A DNA stretch of 64,000 bases, from assembly GCA_049903315.1 (NCBI GenBank), contig JBNGBT010000004.1, positions 208,031 to 272,030 of the forward strand. Reading direction: 5' to 3'. A program made the position numbers and the translations under genes. Of this stretch, positions 10,032 to 18,398 are shown piece after piece (position 1 is the stretch's first letter; each line of letters begins with the position of its first letter). The notes beneath the pieces are model-generated. The model ran no database searches. It was not told the DNA's origin and saw only the letters and a program-made list of their open reading frames with translations. This DNA comes from Candidatus Cloacimonadota bacterium. Lineage in GTDB: Bacteria > Cloacimonadota > Cloacimonadia > JGIOTU-2.

Positions 10032-10682
10032 TCAATTACGAAAATAATCTGAATCAGCCAAGATTATTTGCTTATTCGTATGAAAAATTCCTGTAACATT
10101 TGTATATATTTTTGAAATTACTGGTGGAGGATAATTTGTTTTAATTAAAAAAACAACCCAACCATTATTCTCACTAATTTGATTTCCTCTCCAGTTAAAC
10201 TTTTTCCCATTATCATATAATCCTTTTCCACCTGTAAAATTAGAACTTGATCTTCGATACTCATAATTTATTGAATCAACAGGTTGTTCAAATATTAGAG
10301 TAAATTCAAAATTATTAATTGGTTTTTTAGTAATGTTTTTGAAACCAAGCTCATAATATTTATTTGTATTTTGGTAGGGTTGAGGATTTTTAATTTTTTG
10401 ATAGAACAATTCATATTTGGGAATAGAAACATTGTCTTCAGAGTTTTCAAAATTGTAGTTAATTATTACATCACTATTATCACCTTCCGTTGAAATTGCA
10501 GGTGAGAAAGAACCATCTGTAGTATTATGTATTTCCTTATACTCATCTTCTTTTGGATTAATAATGAATTTAGTTACCAGAGTTAATGCGAATGATATTA
10601 TTGCTAAATAAGATACAAAGACAGTTATCTTTGTTGGAAAACTCCAAGCTTTCCATTGTTTTCTTGAAGGAATAAATTTCAT
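10032..10682 (-). CDS. Cassette gene: hypothetical protein with an N-terminal TM segment
   Basis: 216-aa ORF filling the R4-R5 interval. Confidence 0.65.
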   Translation of the reverse strand: MKFIPSRKQWKAWSFPTKITVFVSYLAIISFALTLVTKFIINPKEDEYKEIHNTTDGSFSPAISTEGDNSDVIINYNFENSEDNVSIPKYELFYQKIKNPQPYQNTNKYYELGFKNITKKPINNFEFTLIFEQPVDSINYEYRRSSSNFTGGKGLYDNGKKFNWRGNQISENNGWVVFLIKTNYPPPVISKIYTNVTGIFHTNKQIILADSDYFRN

Positions 10683-10719
10683 TTATCAACCCCACAAAAC
10701 TCAATAATTAATATGCGTT

Positions 10720-10838
10720 TAATGTTTTGCGTGTGCGGTGTGATCGGAACGATCACGCCAACCCAAACAAACCAGCCGTTTGAATCGTAAGATTCAAACA
10801 AAGAGCACTGACCAACCCGAACAACGACACGCCTGTTA
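10720..10838 (-). repeat. attC-like repeat R5 (119 bp)
   Basis: TAATGTTTTGCGTGTGCGGT...TTTGAATCGTAAGATTCAAA...ACGACACGCCTGTTA. Confidence 0.9.
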
Positions 10839-10850
10839 GGCACATTTTAC

Positions 10851-11492
10851 TTATGTAGAAAAATCAAGTTCCTGAGATCTTGTATATGATTGTGCTCTGG
10901 GAATTGATATTGGTATATTCTGAATTATGGGATTATTTTTTTGAGGTTCATAAATTATTGATAAATCAGCATTAACAGGTAACAAATTGGAACTAATTTC
11001 ATGTGTTAAACCATAGTCTTTTGCTTCAGTCGGATTAAGTGTAGTTCGATTATTCATGTCCTCGAATATTTTATCGGTTGATTTTCCTGTATTGTCAGCT
11101 ATAACTCTTGCAATATTTAATTGATCAATTTTTAATCCATTTAAGTGTTCTTCTATTTGCTTTTCGTCTAAGCTAACGTTACCATTGAAATTAAATCTTA
11201 CTCCATGAAGAAGGAACCTTGAGTGGGGAACTGAAAAACGTTTTTCTCCAGCGCAATAAATTACAACACCAATTGAATCAACGCTACCAAAATTATACGT
11301 GTCAATTTTTATTGGAGCTCCTTTGAGATAGTTATAAATGGACAGACCATGAAAGACAGAACCTCCTGGAGAAGAAATCATTAAATGTAGTTTTTCAAAT
11401 TTTTGAGCGATTTTTTGATCAATTATCCGTAATAGTTGATCACTTGTTTGCGGAATTACGGGAGCCATAAATCTAATGTAACATTCTTTCAT
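10851..11492 (-). CDS. Cassette gene: ClpP-like (S14) peptidase
   Basis: ISSPGGSV..GLSIYN, VDSIG (Ser), RFLLH (His), EAKDYGL motifs; GGAGG SD. Confidence 0.8.
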   Translation of the reverse strand: MKECYIRFMAPVIPQTSDQLLRIIDQKIAQKFEKLHLMISSPGGSVFHGLSIYNYLKGAPIKIDTYNFGSVDSIGVVIYCAGEKRFSVPHSRFLLHGVRFNFNGNVSLDEKQIEEHLNGLKIDQLNIARVIADNTGKSTDKIFEDMNNRTTLNPTEAKDYGLTHEISSNLLPVNADLSIIYEPQKNNPIIQNIPISIPRAQSYTRSQELDFST

Positions 11493-11526
11493 TTTACTTT
11501 ACCTCCAATTTTTTTTTAAATGTGCC

Positions 11527-11646
11527 TAATGTTTGGCGTGTGCGACGGGATCGGAACGATCACGCCCAAAACAAACCGACCAGCCGTTTGAATCGGAAGA
11601 TTCAAACAAAGAGCACTGACCAACCCTACTGCCGACACGCTTGTTA
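11527..11646 (-). repeat. attC-like repeat R6 (120 bp)
   Basis: TAATGTTTGGCGTGTGCGAC...TTTGAATCGGAAGATTCAAA...GCCGACACGCTTGTTA. Confidence 0.9.
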
Positions 11647-11744
11647 GCTACATCTTTTTCTATTTCAATTACTTACATTTTAAACTTATTTAAGTAAAGA
11701 ATTTTATTGTTGTTCTTGGATAAATGGGTGTCATAATTAATTCT

Positions 11745-12218
11745 TCATTTTTTTATCTGAAACCATTCTGATTCAATTTTACCTTGTGGATAAAAACCTT
11801 TGTAAGGCGACCCAGGCATATTTATAAATGGCGAGTGCATATATATAATGTCTCCAATTAATTTAAAGCTATATTTGCCTTTGATTGGGGCAATTACTTT
11901 ATATTTGTCAGGATAATTGAAAATTGTGAAACCCTGTTTAGTCGGTAATAAACGTTTTTTTTTGAGCTTATTATTTTCATTTTTATAAAGAATAAAAAGA
12001 TTTGACGAATAATAAAAATCAGGATTATCAATTCCTTTAATATCTACAGAAAAAGTTAGAGTATCTAATTTTGTGGAAATGTCAGAAGTTATTAAAGAAA
12101 TACTTCTATGTTTATAAAGATTCGAGATATAATTATAACTTACTTTAGTATTGAAGTTATATGCACATGAAGATAACAAAAATAAGAAACACGCTGATTT
12201 TAATAATTTTATTAGCAT
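11745..12218 (-). CDS. Cassette gene: putative lipoprotein
   Basis: Lipobox-like LLSSC; recombinase-proximal cassette. Confidence 0.6.
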   Translation of the reverse strand: MLIKLLKSACFLFLLSSCAYNFNTKVSYNYISNLYKHRSISLITSDISTKLDTLTFSVDIKGIDNPDFYYSSNLFILYKNENNKLKKKRLLPTKQGFTIFNYPDKYKVIAPIKGKYSFKLIGDIIYMHSPFINMPGSPYKGFYPQGKIESEWFQIKK

Positions 12219-12272
12219 ATTATTAACCTAAAAATATTTTCCAATTCTCCATCCATTTCATTTAGATGTAGC

Positions 12273-12366
12273 TAATGTTTGTATACCCGACCAAAAGGTC
12301 GTGTATATTACGATTAAATTTCCTATAAGGTCGTATACAATACAATATATAAGTTATATACGAACT
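12273..12366 (-). other. Candidate attI-like primary recombination site
   Basis: Begins TAATGTTT like the repeats, then diverges; palindrome TATACCCGACC-AAAA-GGTCGTGTATA and a repeated AAGGTCGT; lies between cassette 1 and the recombinase stop. Confidence 0.65.
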
Positions 12367-12382
12367 TGTTTTAATTATGAAA

Positions 12383-13447
12383 TTATGTTTCATCTAACTT
12401 CAAATTATCCAATGGACTTTTAATTTTGTTTCTTGCTGTATGTGTAACATGGGTATATATCTCTGTTGTTCTTGAGCTTTTGTGCCCTAAAAGTTCTTGA
12501 ATATACCTCAAATCAGTCCCATGCTCCAATAAATGAGTAGCAAAACTATGCCGTAAAGTATGTATTGAAGCATGTTTCTTTACTCCAGATTTGTTTACAG
12601 CTGCTTTAAATAATTTTTGTATTACTCTCCTACTGAATTGTTCTCCGTATTTGCTTTCAAACAGCCATTTCTTTGGTTTATAAACCTTATAATATGTTCT
12701 TAGTAAATCTAATACGGTATCTGAAAGAATGCCGTATCTATCCTTGTTGCCTTTTGCGCTTCGAATAAATATCTGTTTTCGATCAGAATGAATGTCGGAT
12801 ATTCTCAAATGTACAACTTCTGTTAAACGTAATCCTGCAGAATAGATCAAATAGATAATACATTTATATTTCAGGTTCTTGACCTGTTTCAATATTTTTG
12901 TTACTTCTTCCTCGCTTAGAACTTCCGGTAGCTTTTTTTCTTTTCTTGGTCGAGGAACGTAATATTTTTCAACAGGTTTTCCCAGCACTTTTTCATAATA
13001 AAACTTTATACTGTTTATTGCTTGATTCTGTGCAGAAGTGGAATATTTCTTCTTATCTACCAGGTATAACAAATATTTACGGATCTGTTCATGTGTGATA
13101 TCTTTCAATTTAGTGTTTTGATAATATTTTAAAAACCGCTGAAAATGAAGACGATAAGTTTTAATGGTTGCGTCACTATAGTTTTTCAATTTCAAAGTTT
13201 CAATGTATTCAGAAGGGAAATCTAGTTTTGTATCAGTATCTTCTATGAATTCTAATTTACCTTTGAATTTCGTATGTAAAACACTAATGATATTTTTTTG
13301 ATAGGGGATATGCCAGAACTTATTTGAAGCAGACCACTTTCTGCCTTCTATCTGTTTAATCTGTCTAATCGTATTTATGTCATAATCAAACAGTAGAGCA
13401 ATACGTCTCTGCTTATCAATCAAATATTCCTTAGTCTTTATCTGCAT
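12383..13447 (-). CDS. Tyrosine recombinase associated with the cassette array (lacks the IntI-specific insertion)
   Basis: Intact R(GLR)-K(KGNKDR)-HxxR(HTLRHSF)-H(LGH)-Y(TEIYTHV); SAM-like core-binding domain; about 75-aa N-terminal extension. Confidence 0.93.
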   Translation of the reverse strand: MQIKTKEYLIDKQRRIALLFDYDINTIRQIKQIEGRKWSASNKFWHIPYQKNIISVLHTKFKGKLEFIEDTDTKLDFPSEYIETLKLKNYSDATIKTYRLHFQRFLKYYQNTKLKDITHEQIRKYLLYLVDKKKYSTSAQNQAINSIKFYYEKVLGKPVEKYYVPRPRKEKKLPEVLSEEEVTKILKQVKNLKYKCIIYLIYSAGLRLTEVVHLRISDIHSDRKQIFIRSAKGNKDRYGILSDTVLDLLRTYYKVYKPKKWLFESKYGEQFSRRVIQKLFKAAVNKSGVKKHASIHTLRHSFATHLLEHGTDLRYIQELLGHKSSRTTEIYTHVTHTARNKIKSPLDNLKLDET

Positions 13448-13512
13448 ACTATATCCTTCAGGTCATAATTTGGAGAATCATATTCCTCTTGTCAAAGTAA
13501 ATATTTTTTTCA

Positions 13513-14154
13513 TTAAAATCCCATATTCTCCTTAATTAAAAATATCTTTATCCTGTCCGGAATATTCTGGCGCATATTAATGGTCAGGTGTTTGCAGATA
13601 CGCTCCTCAGCATCGCAGTCTGTGCAATAGCCGTTTTCAGCGCATGGAGTATTTCGTTTCAGCCGCTTTGCATTAATGGGAGCAGCCACATCGAGTACCC
13701 GGTCAATCGCCTGCTGCCTGTCCATCACGATCTTGTTCATGCCGGCAAAGAGGAATATTTTTCTTGGTCCAAAAATAATAGCTGAAACCCGGTTGCCATA
13801 CCCGTCGATATTCACGATCTCACCTTCTGTGGTAATTGCATTGCATCCGGCAAGGAAGAAGTCGGACATGAGTGTTTTTCTGCGAAGTTCAAAAATTTCA
13901 TCTCTGCTAAGGTTGGGGAGATAGGGATTAATAATATTGTAGTTATTGTCTTTGAGATGATCGAACAGTCCGATCTCCCGCACGGTCATGGAGCCGCCTA
14001 TGCCGATGGATGATTTCTTATCGAGTTCCTTCAATGCTTTTTCACGGGCATCGTCACTATTTTCACAGAGTTCTACAAGGAAGTTATGTTTTTCCAGCGC
14101 TTCTTTTGCCTTTTTCATCATTGTTTCGTTGTGCCAGTTCACGAATTCAGACAT
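13513..14154 (-). CDS. LUD-domain (lactate utilization-like) protein
   Basis: GIGGSMT, NIDGYGNRVSA, GMNKIV, PCAENGYCTDC..RIC; ATG at 14154 with GGAGG SD. Confidence 0.85.
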   Translation of the reverse strand: MSEFVNWHNETMMKKAKEALEKHNFLVELCENSDDAREKALKELDKKSSIGIGGSMTVREIGLFDHLKDNNYNIINPYLPNLSRDEIFELRRKTLMSDFFLAGCNAITTEGEIVNIDGYGNRVSAIIFGPRKIFLFAGMNKIVMDRQQAIDRVLDVAAPINAKRLKRNTPCAENGYCTDCDAEERICKHLTINMRQNIPDRIKIFLIKENMGF

Positions 14155-14214
14155 GGTACCTCCGTTTTTTGCAAAAATTGTTATATTCTGTTTTATGGGG
14201 TCAAGAGAAAAGAT

Positions 14215-14653
14215 TTCACGCAAAGAACGTCCGTCTTCACCACCTGCCGGTGGCTACGACGTGGCACGCAAAGAAACGCAGAGGTCGCAAAGAAAAAGAT
14301 TGCGCAGAGAACGCAGAGAAAAATATAATCAGTGTGTTTTTAAGATGAAGAGTGGATGATACAGAGCGGAGGATGGAGGAGGGAGTATCGATTGCAGATT
14401 TCAGATTGAAGATTTATGATTTAAGACCTTCGCAACGGTTTTTAACCTTGCGAACGGTCAAAAGGGAGAAAAGAGGACGGAAGAGGGAGGAGGGGAGTGA
14501 TTTGAAACTTGAAATTTGAGATTTGAGGTTTCAGAAACTATCATTTTTTAATTATTAAACATTGTCACTCTGAGCTTGCTTGCTGCGCTATAGCAAAGCG
14601 AAGGCGAGTCGAAGGGTTTTTGACACCCATGCTTCGAGAACCTCAGCATGACA
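14215..14653. repeat. Patchwork of REP-like palindromes and short-period repeats
   Basis: CACGCAAAG/CGCAGAG units, 7-nt GATTTNA periodic runs, ACCTTCGCAACGGTT palindrome, TGTCA..CTGAG..TCGAAG/CTTCGA..CTCAG..TGACA. Confidence 0.6.
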
Positions 14654-14786
14654 TTAATTTGTTGAATCGAAAGCAAAAATGAGGACTTTAGGCTTTATAT
14701 TAAATTCATTCCTAAATTATTTGACAGGATATTTAATCATTCACCTGTACTGTAATACAAATAATCAATGGTAATGAGGATAATTT

Positions 14787-16025
14787 ATGCCAGATATCAG
14801 ACCCTTTAAAGGACTTCGGCCAGACCAAAAATATGCTGATAAAGTAGCAGCTCCACCTTACGATGTATTAAATTCCGAAGAAGCAAGAGAGCTCGCAAAA
14901 GATAATCCATACAGCTTCCTTCATGTGTCTAAACCTGAGATCGATCTGCCTGCTGATATTGATGTTCATGATGAACAGGTGTATGAAAAAGGGGTAGAGA
15001 ATTTCAAAAAAATGATCGCTGAAAACCTCCTTATTCAGGATGATGAGCCGTGTTTCTATATCTACCGCCAAATTATGGGAGATCATGAGCAGAGTGGTAT
15101 TGTAGCAGCGGCTTCAGTCGAAGATTATGACAACGGCATCATAAAAATACATGAATACACACGCGAGGATAAAGAGCAGGACAGAGCAAAACATGTGGAT
15201 ATGCTCAGCGCTAATACAGGTCCGGTTTTTCTCACGTATCATGCAAAAAAGAAAATAGACAAAATCGTGGAAGCGTGCCAAAAAGAGGAACCTCTGTATG
15301 ATTTCACGAGCAGCGACGGCATTCGTCACACAGTGTGGAAAATCAGCGACCAAAATATCATACAAGAGATCATCAAAGAATTTGCTGGGCTCGATTTTCT
15401 GTATGTGTCTGATGGACATCACCGCTCCGCAGCGGCATCTCGGGTACAGAAGATCAGAAAAGATAATAATCCCGCTCATACAGGAGACGAAGAGTACAAT
15501 TATTTCCTCACGGTTATCTTCCCTGACGATCAGATGTATATTATGGATTACAATCGAGTGGTCACAGACCTGAACGGACTTTCGGACGATGAATTTATTG
15601 AAAAAGTAACTGATAAGTTTTATCTTGATAAGCAAGCATCACAAAGTAAACCAGAGAAGAAACACTCGTTTGGAATGTACATCGATGGTAAGTGGTACAA
15701 AATCACGGCAAAGCCCGAAATTTTTGATGAGAATGATCCTGTCGATTCTCTCGACGTGAGTATCTTACATAAAAATATTATGGAACCCATTCTTGGTATA
15801 CTCAATCCAAGAAAGGATAAAAGAATAGATTTCGTGGGCGGCATTCGAGGACTTGGAGAGCTCGAAAAACTTGTGGACAGCGGCAAATTCAAAGTTGCAT
15901 TTGCACTTTTCCCGACCTCGATAGATGACCTTATGAATGTCGCAGACTCGAATAATGTCATGCCTCCGAAATCAACATGGTTTGAACCAAAATTGCGAAG
16001 CGGTTTAATCACGCATTTAATTTGA
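14787..16025 (+). CDS. DUF1015 family protein
   Basis: IRPFKGLRP, APPYDV, DGHHRSAAA, MPPKSTWFEPKLRSGL. Confidence 0.9.
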   Translation: MPDIRPFKGLRPDQKYADKVAAPPYDVLNSEEARELAKDNPYSFLHVSKPEIDLPADIDVHDEQVYEKGVENFKKMIAENLLIQDDEPCFYIYRQIMGDHEQSGIVAAASVEDYDNGIIKIHEYTREDKEQDRAKHVDMLSANTGPVFLTYHAKKKIDKIVEACQKEEPLYDFTSSDGIRHTVWKISDQNIIQEIIKEFAGLDFLYVSDGHHRSAAASRVQKIRKDNNPAHTGDEEYNYFLTVIFPDDQMYIMDYNRVVTDLNGLSDDEFIEKVTDKFYLDKQASQSKPEKKHSFGMYIDGKWYKITAKPEIFDENDPVDSLDVSILHKNIMEPILGILNPRKDKRIDFVGGIRGLGELEKLVDSGKFKVAFALFPTSIDDLMNVADSNNVMPPKSTWFEPKLRSGLITHLI

Positions 16026-16032
16026 AGATAAT

Positions 16033-16154
16033 AAGAAAGCAGCACAGCCCGAAAGATTTTTGTAAAATTCGATTTTACAACGAGGGAGCTGTTTTCTTCT
16101 ACTACAGCTATCAACCAAGTCATCCTGAGCTTGTCAAAGGGTGACTTTTTTTTT
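16033..16154 (+). promoter_or_regulatory. Probable pyr attenuator leader ending in an intrinsic terminator (16117-16154)
   Basis: AAGAAAGCAGC/GCTGTTTTCTT stem; AAGTCATCCT/AGGGTGACTT hairpin plus T9, 22 nt before the pyrB ATG; pyrR is in the operon. Confidence 0.55.
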
Positions 16155-16176
16155 ATCAACAAAAGAGGAGAAGTGT

Positions 16177-17130
16177 ATGAAGCATACGCTCAATCTCACA
16201 GGCAGGAATCTATTTGATCTTGATAATTACTCTGTTGAGGAGATCGAGACCATCTTTGAAACTGCCAAGGTGATGAAGGAAATTAATAGCAGGGAGTATA
16301 AAAAAATACCAACCCTGCGCGGAAAAACCGTTGCCACACTCTTTTTTGAGGACAGCACACGAACCAGAATATCTTTTGAACTGGCTGCAAAACGCCTGAG
16401 CGCGGATGTGGTGAGCTTCACAACTGCTGGTTCCGCCATGAAAAAGGGTGAAAGCATCCAGGATACAGTGTACACACTCAATGCAATGGGCATCGACCTT
16501 TATGTGGTCCGGCATAGTTGCCCTGGCGTACCACAACTCGTGAATAAATACTCAAAAAAACCGGTTCTCAATGCTGGGGACGGAAGACATGCACATCCCA
16601 CCCAAGCGCTTCTGGATATGTTCAGCATCTGGGAGAAGAGAGGTTCTCTCAAAGGTTTGAGGATCGCGATAATCGGTGACATACTGCATTCACGTGTGGT
16701 GCGTTCAAACCTGATCGGCATGAAAAAAATGGGTGCAAATGTCGTGGTATGCGGACCTCGTACTTTGATGCCGCCGAAGATTGAAGAAGTATACGGCATT
16801 CAGTGCGAATATGATCTGAAAACAGCGATCAAAGATGCTGATGTGGTCATGGGATTGCGCATGCAGTTAGAACGTCAGACAGAAGGACTCTTCCCCGGAC
16901 TCGGTGAATACACAGGCAGGTATGGTTTGAGTAACAAGATACTGGAATACGCAAAGGACGATGTGCTGGTCATGCACCCCGGACCTATGAACAGGGGAGT
17001 CGAAATCCTTCCCGAAGTGGCGGATAGTGAGCATAGTATTATTATTGAGCAGGTTACAAACGGAGTGGCTGTACGCATGGCGCTCCTGTTCCTGATACTT
17101 GGCGGGAAACCGGGAAGGGAGGTCGCATGA
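16177..17130 (+). CDS. pyrB: Aspartate carbamoyltransferase
   Basis: FFEDSTRTRISFE, HPTQALLD, MHPGPMNRGVEI; AGAGGAG SD before ATG 16177. Confidence 0.97.
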   Translation: MKHTLNLTGRNLFDLDNYSVEEIETIFETAKVMKEINSREYKKIPTLRGKTVATLFFEDSTRTRISFELAAKRLSADVVSFTTAGSAMKKGESIQDTVYTLNAMGIDLYVVRHSCPGVPQLVNKYSKKPVLNAGDGRHAHPTQALLDMFSIWEKRGSLKGLRIAIIGDILHSRVVRSNLIGMKKMGANVVVCGPRTLMPPKIEEVYGIQCEYDLKTAIKDADVVMGLRMQLERQTEGLFPGLGEYTGRYGLSNKILEYAKDDVLVMHPGPMNRGVEILPEVADSEHSIIIEQVTNGVAVRMALLFLILGGKPGREVA

Positions 17131-18398
17131 TACTCTTAAAGAACGGAATGGTTTATCTCTCAGATGAGAAAAAAATCAAAAAAGCAGATATATTGATCGA
17201 CAAAAAAGTCATAAAAAAGATAGCGCCCTCAATTGAGGAGAAAAATGCTGAAGTGATCGACTGCTCGGGAATGCATATTTTCCCCGGATTTGTCGATATG
17301 CACTGCCACCTGAGAGAACCTGGTTATACGTATAAAGAAGATATCGCAAGCGGAGCAGTGTCCGCAGCAAAAGGCGGATTTACGAGCATCTGCTGCATGC
17401 CGAATACAAAACCGGCAATAGACAATCTTTCTACACTCGACTATATAATGAGAAAAGCCCGTGATGTGGGCAAAACCAAGATATTCGTGATCGGTGCAAT
17501 GTCAAAAGGAATCGAGGGCAAAGAGATCGCAAATATTGCCTCCCTGATAAAAGGAGGAGTCGTTGGTTTAAGTGATGACGGCAACTGCATACAGGTTGCA
17601 AAACTGCAACTTAATGTGATGAGATATGCTTCCATTTATGATATTCCAATGATCTGTCACTCGGAAGATTATTCTCTTTCCGGAGACGGACAGGTGAACT
17701 ACGGACCGATGTCCACAAAACTTGGATTACCCGGTATTCCTACCCTCGCAGAAGAAATCATGGTGAGCAGGGATATAATGCTGGCAGATGTGACCGGTTC
17801 ACGTGTTCATATTGCCCACGCTTCTACAAAGAGGACGGTCGAGCTTATTCGTCAGGCAAAGAAGGACGGCATTAAGGTGACTGCGGAAGTAACTCCTCAT
17901 CATCTTGTGCTCAACGAAGATGCTTGTGACGGATTCGATACGAATACTAAGATGAAGCCACCCCTGCGATCGGAAGAAGATAGAAAAGCACTCATAGAAG
18001 GACTGTTGGATGGTACGATCGATGTGATCGCCACAGATCATGCGCCGCATTCAGACTACGAGAAAGAACTGGAATTCATGAAAGCACCCTTTGGTGTGAT
18101 TGGGTTCGAAAGCGCATTCCCCGTGCTTTATACAACATTTGTGAAGAACAAACAAATGAAACTTGAAGAGCTTGTTGAAAAAATGACGTCCATGCCTGCA
18201 GAAATCATAAAAAAGGAAGTGGGAGTGCTTAAAATAGGGACTCCTGCTGATCTTAATATATTTAATCTTGATGAATCCTTTACCTTTGATGAAAATGAAA
18301 TTCTATCGAAATCAAAGAACAGCCCATTCCTTGGCATGAATATGTCGGGCAAAATATACTATACGATCTGTGACGGAAAATTTACCTGGGAAAAATAA
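17127..18398 (+). CDS. pyrC: Dihydroorotase
   Basis: DMHCHLREPG, EVTPHHL, KMKPPLR, ATDHAPH. Confidence 0.95.
   Translation: MILLKNGMVYLSDEKKIKKADILIDKKVIKKIAPSIEEKNAEVIDCSGMHIFPGFVDMHCHLREPGYTYKEDIASGAVSAAKGGFTSICCMPNTKPAIDNLSTLDYIMRKARDVGKTKIFVIGAMSKGIEGKEIANIASLIKGGVVGLSDDGNCIQVAKLQLNVMRYASIYDIPMICHSEDYSLSGDGQVNYGPMSTKLGLPGIPTLAEEIMVSRDIMLADVTGSRVHIAHASTKRTVELIRQAKKDGIKVTAEVTPHHLVLNEDACDGFDTNTKMKPPLRSEEDRKALIEGLLDGTIDVIATDHAPHSDYEKELEFMKAPFGVIGFESAFPVLYTTFVKNKQMKLEELVEKMTSMPAEIIKKEVGVLKIGTPADLNIFNLDESFTFDENEILSKSKNSPFLGMNMSGKIYYTICDGKFTWEK

Noticed and set aside
6887..11646. CRISPR array interpretation of R1-R6
   Set aside because: Repeats are about 120 bp and divergent, spacers are 0.6-1.1 kb whole genes, and there are no cas genes.
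12383..13447. Gene symbols intI, xerC or xerD
   Set aside because: Lacks the IntI insertion; context and N-terminal extension do not fit housekeeping Xer.
12353..13470. Recombinase itself being a cassette (GTTA at about 12353)
   Set aside because: No matching CGTATATAAT end or repeat upstream of the gene.
13988..14359. Plus-strand ORFs of 80-123 aa
   Set aside because: Antisense to the LUD gene and running into low-complexity repeats.
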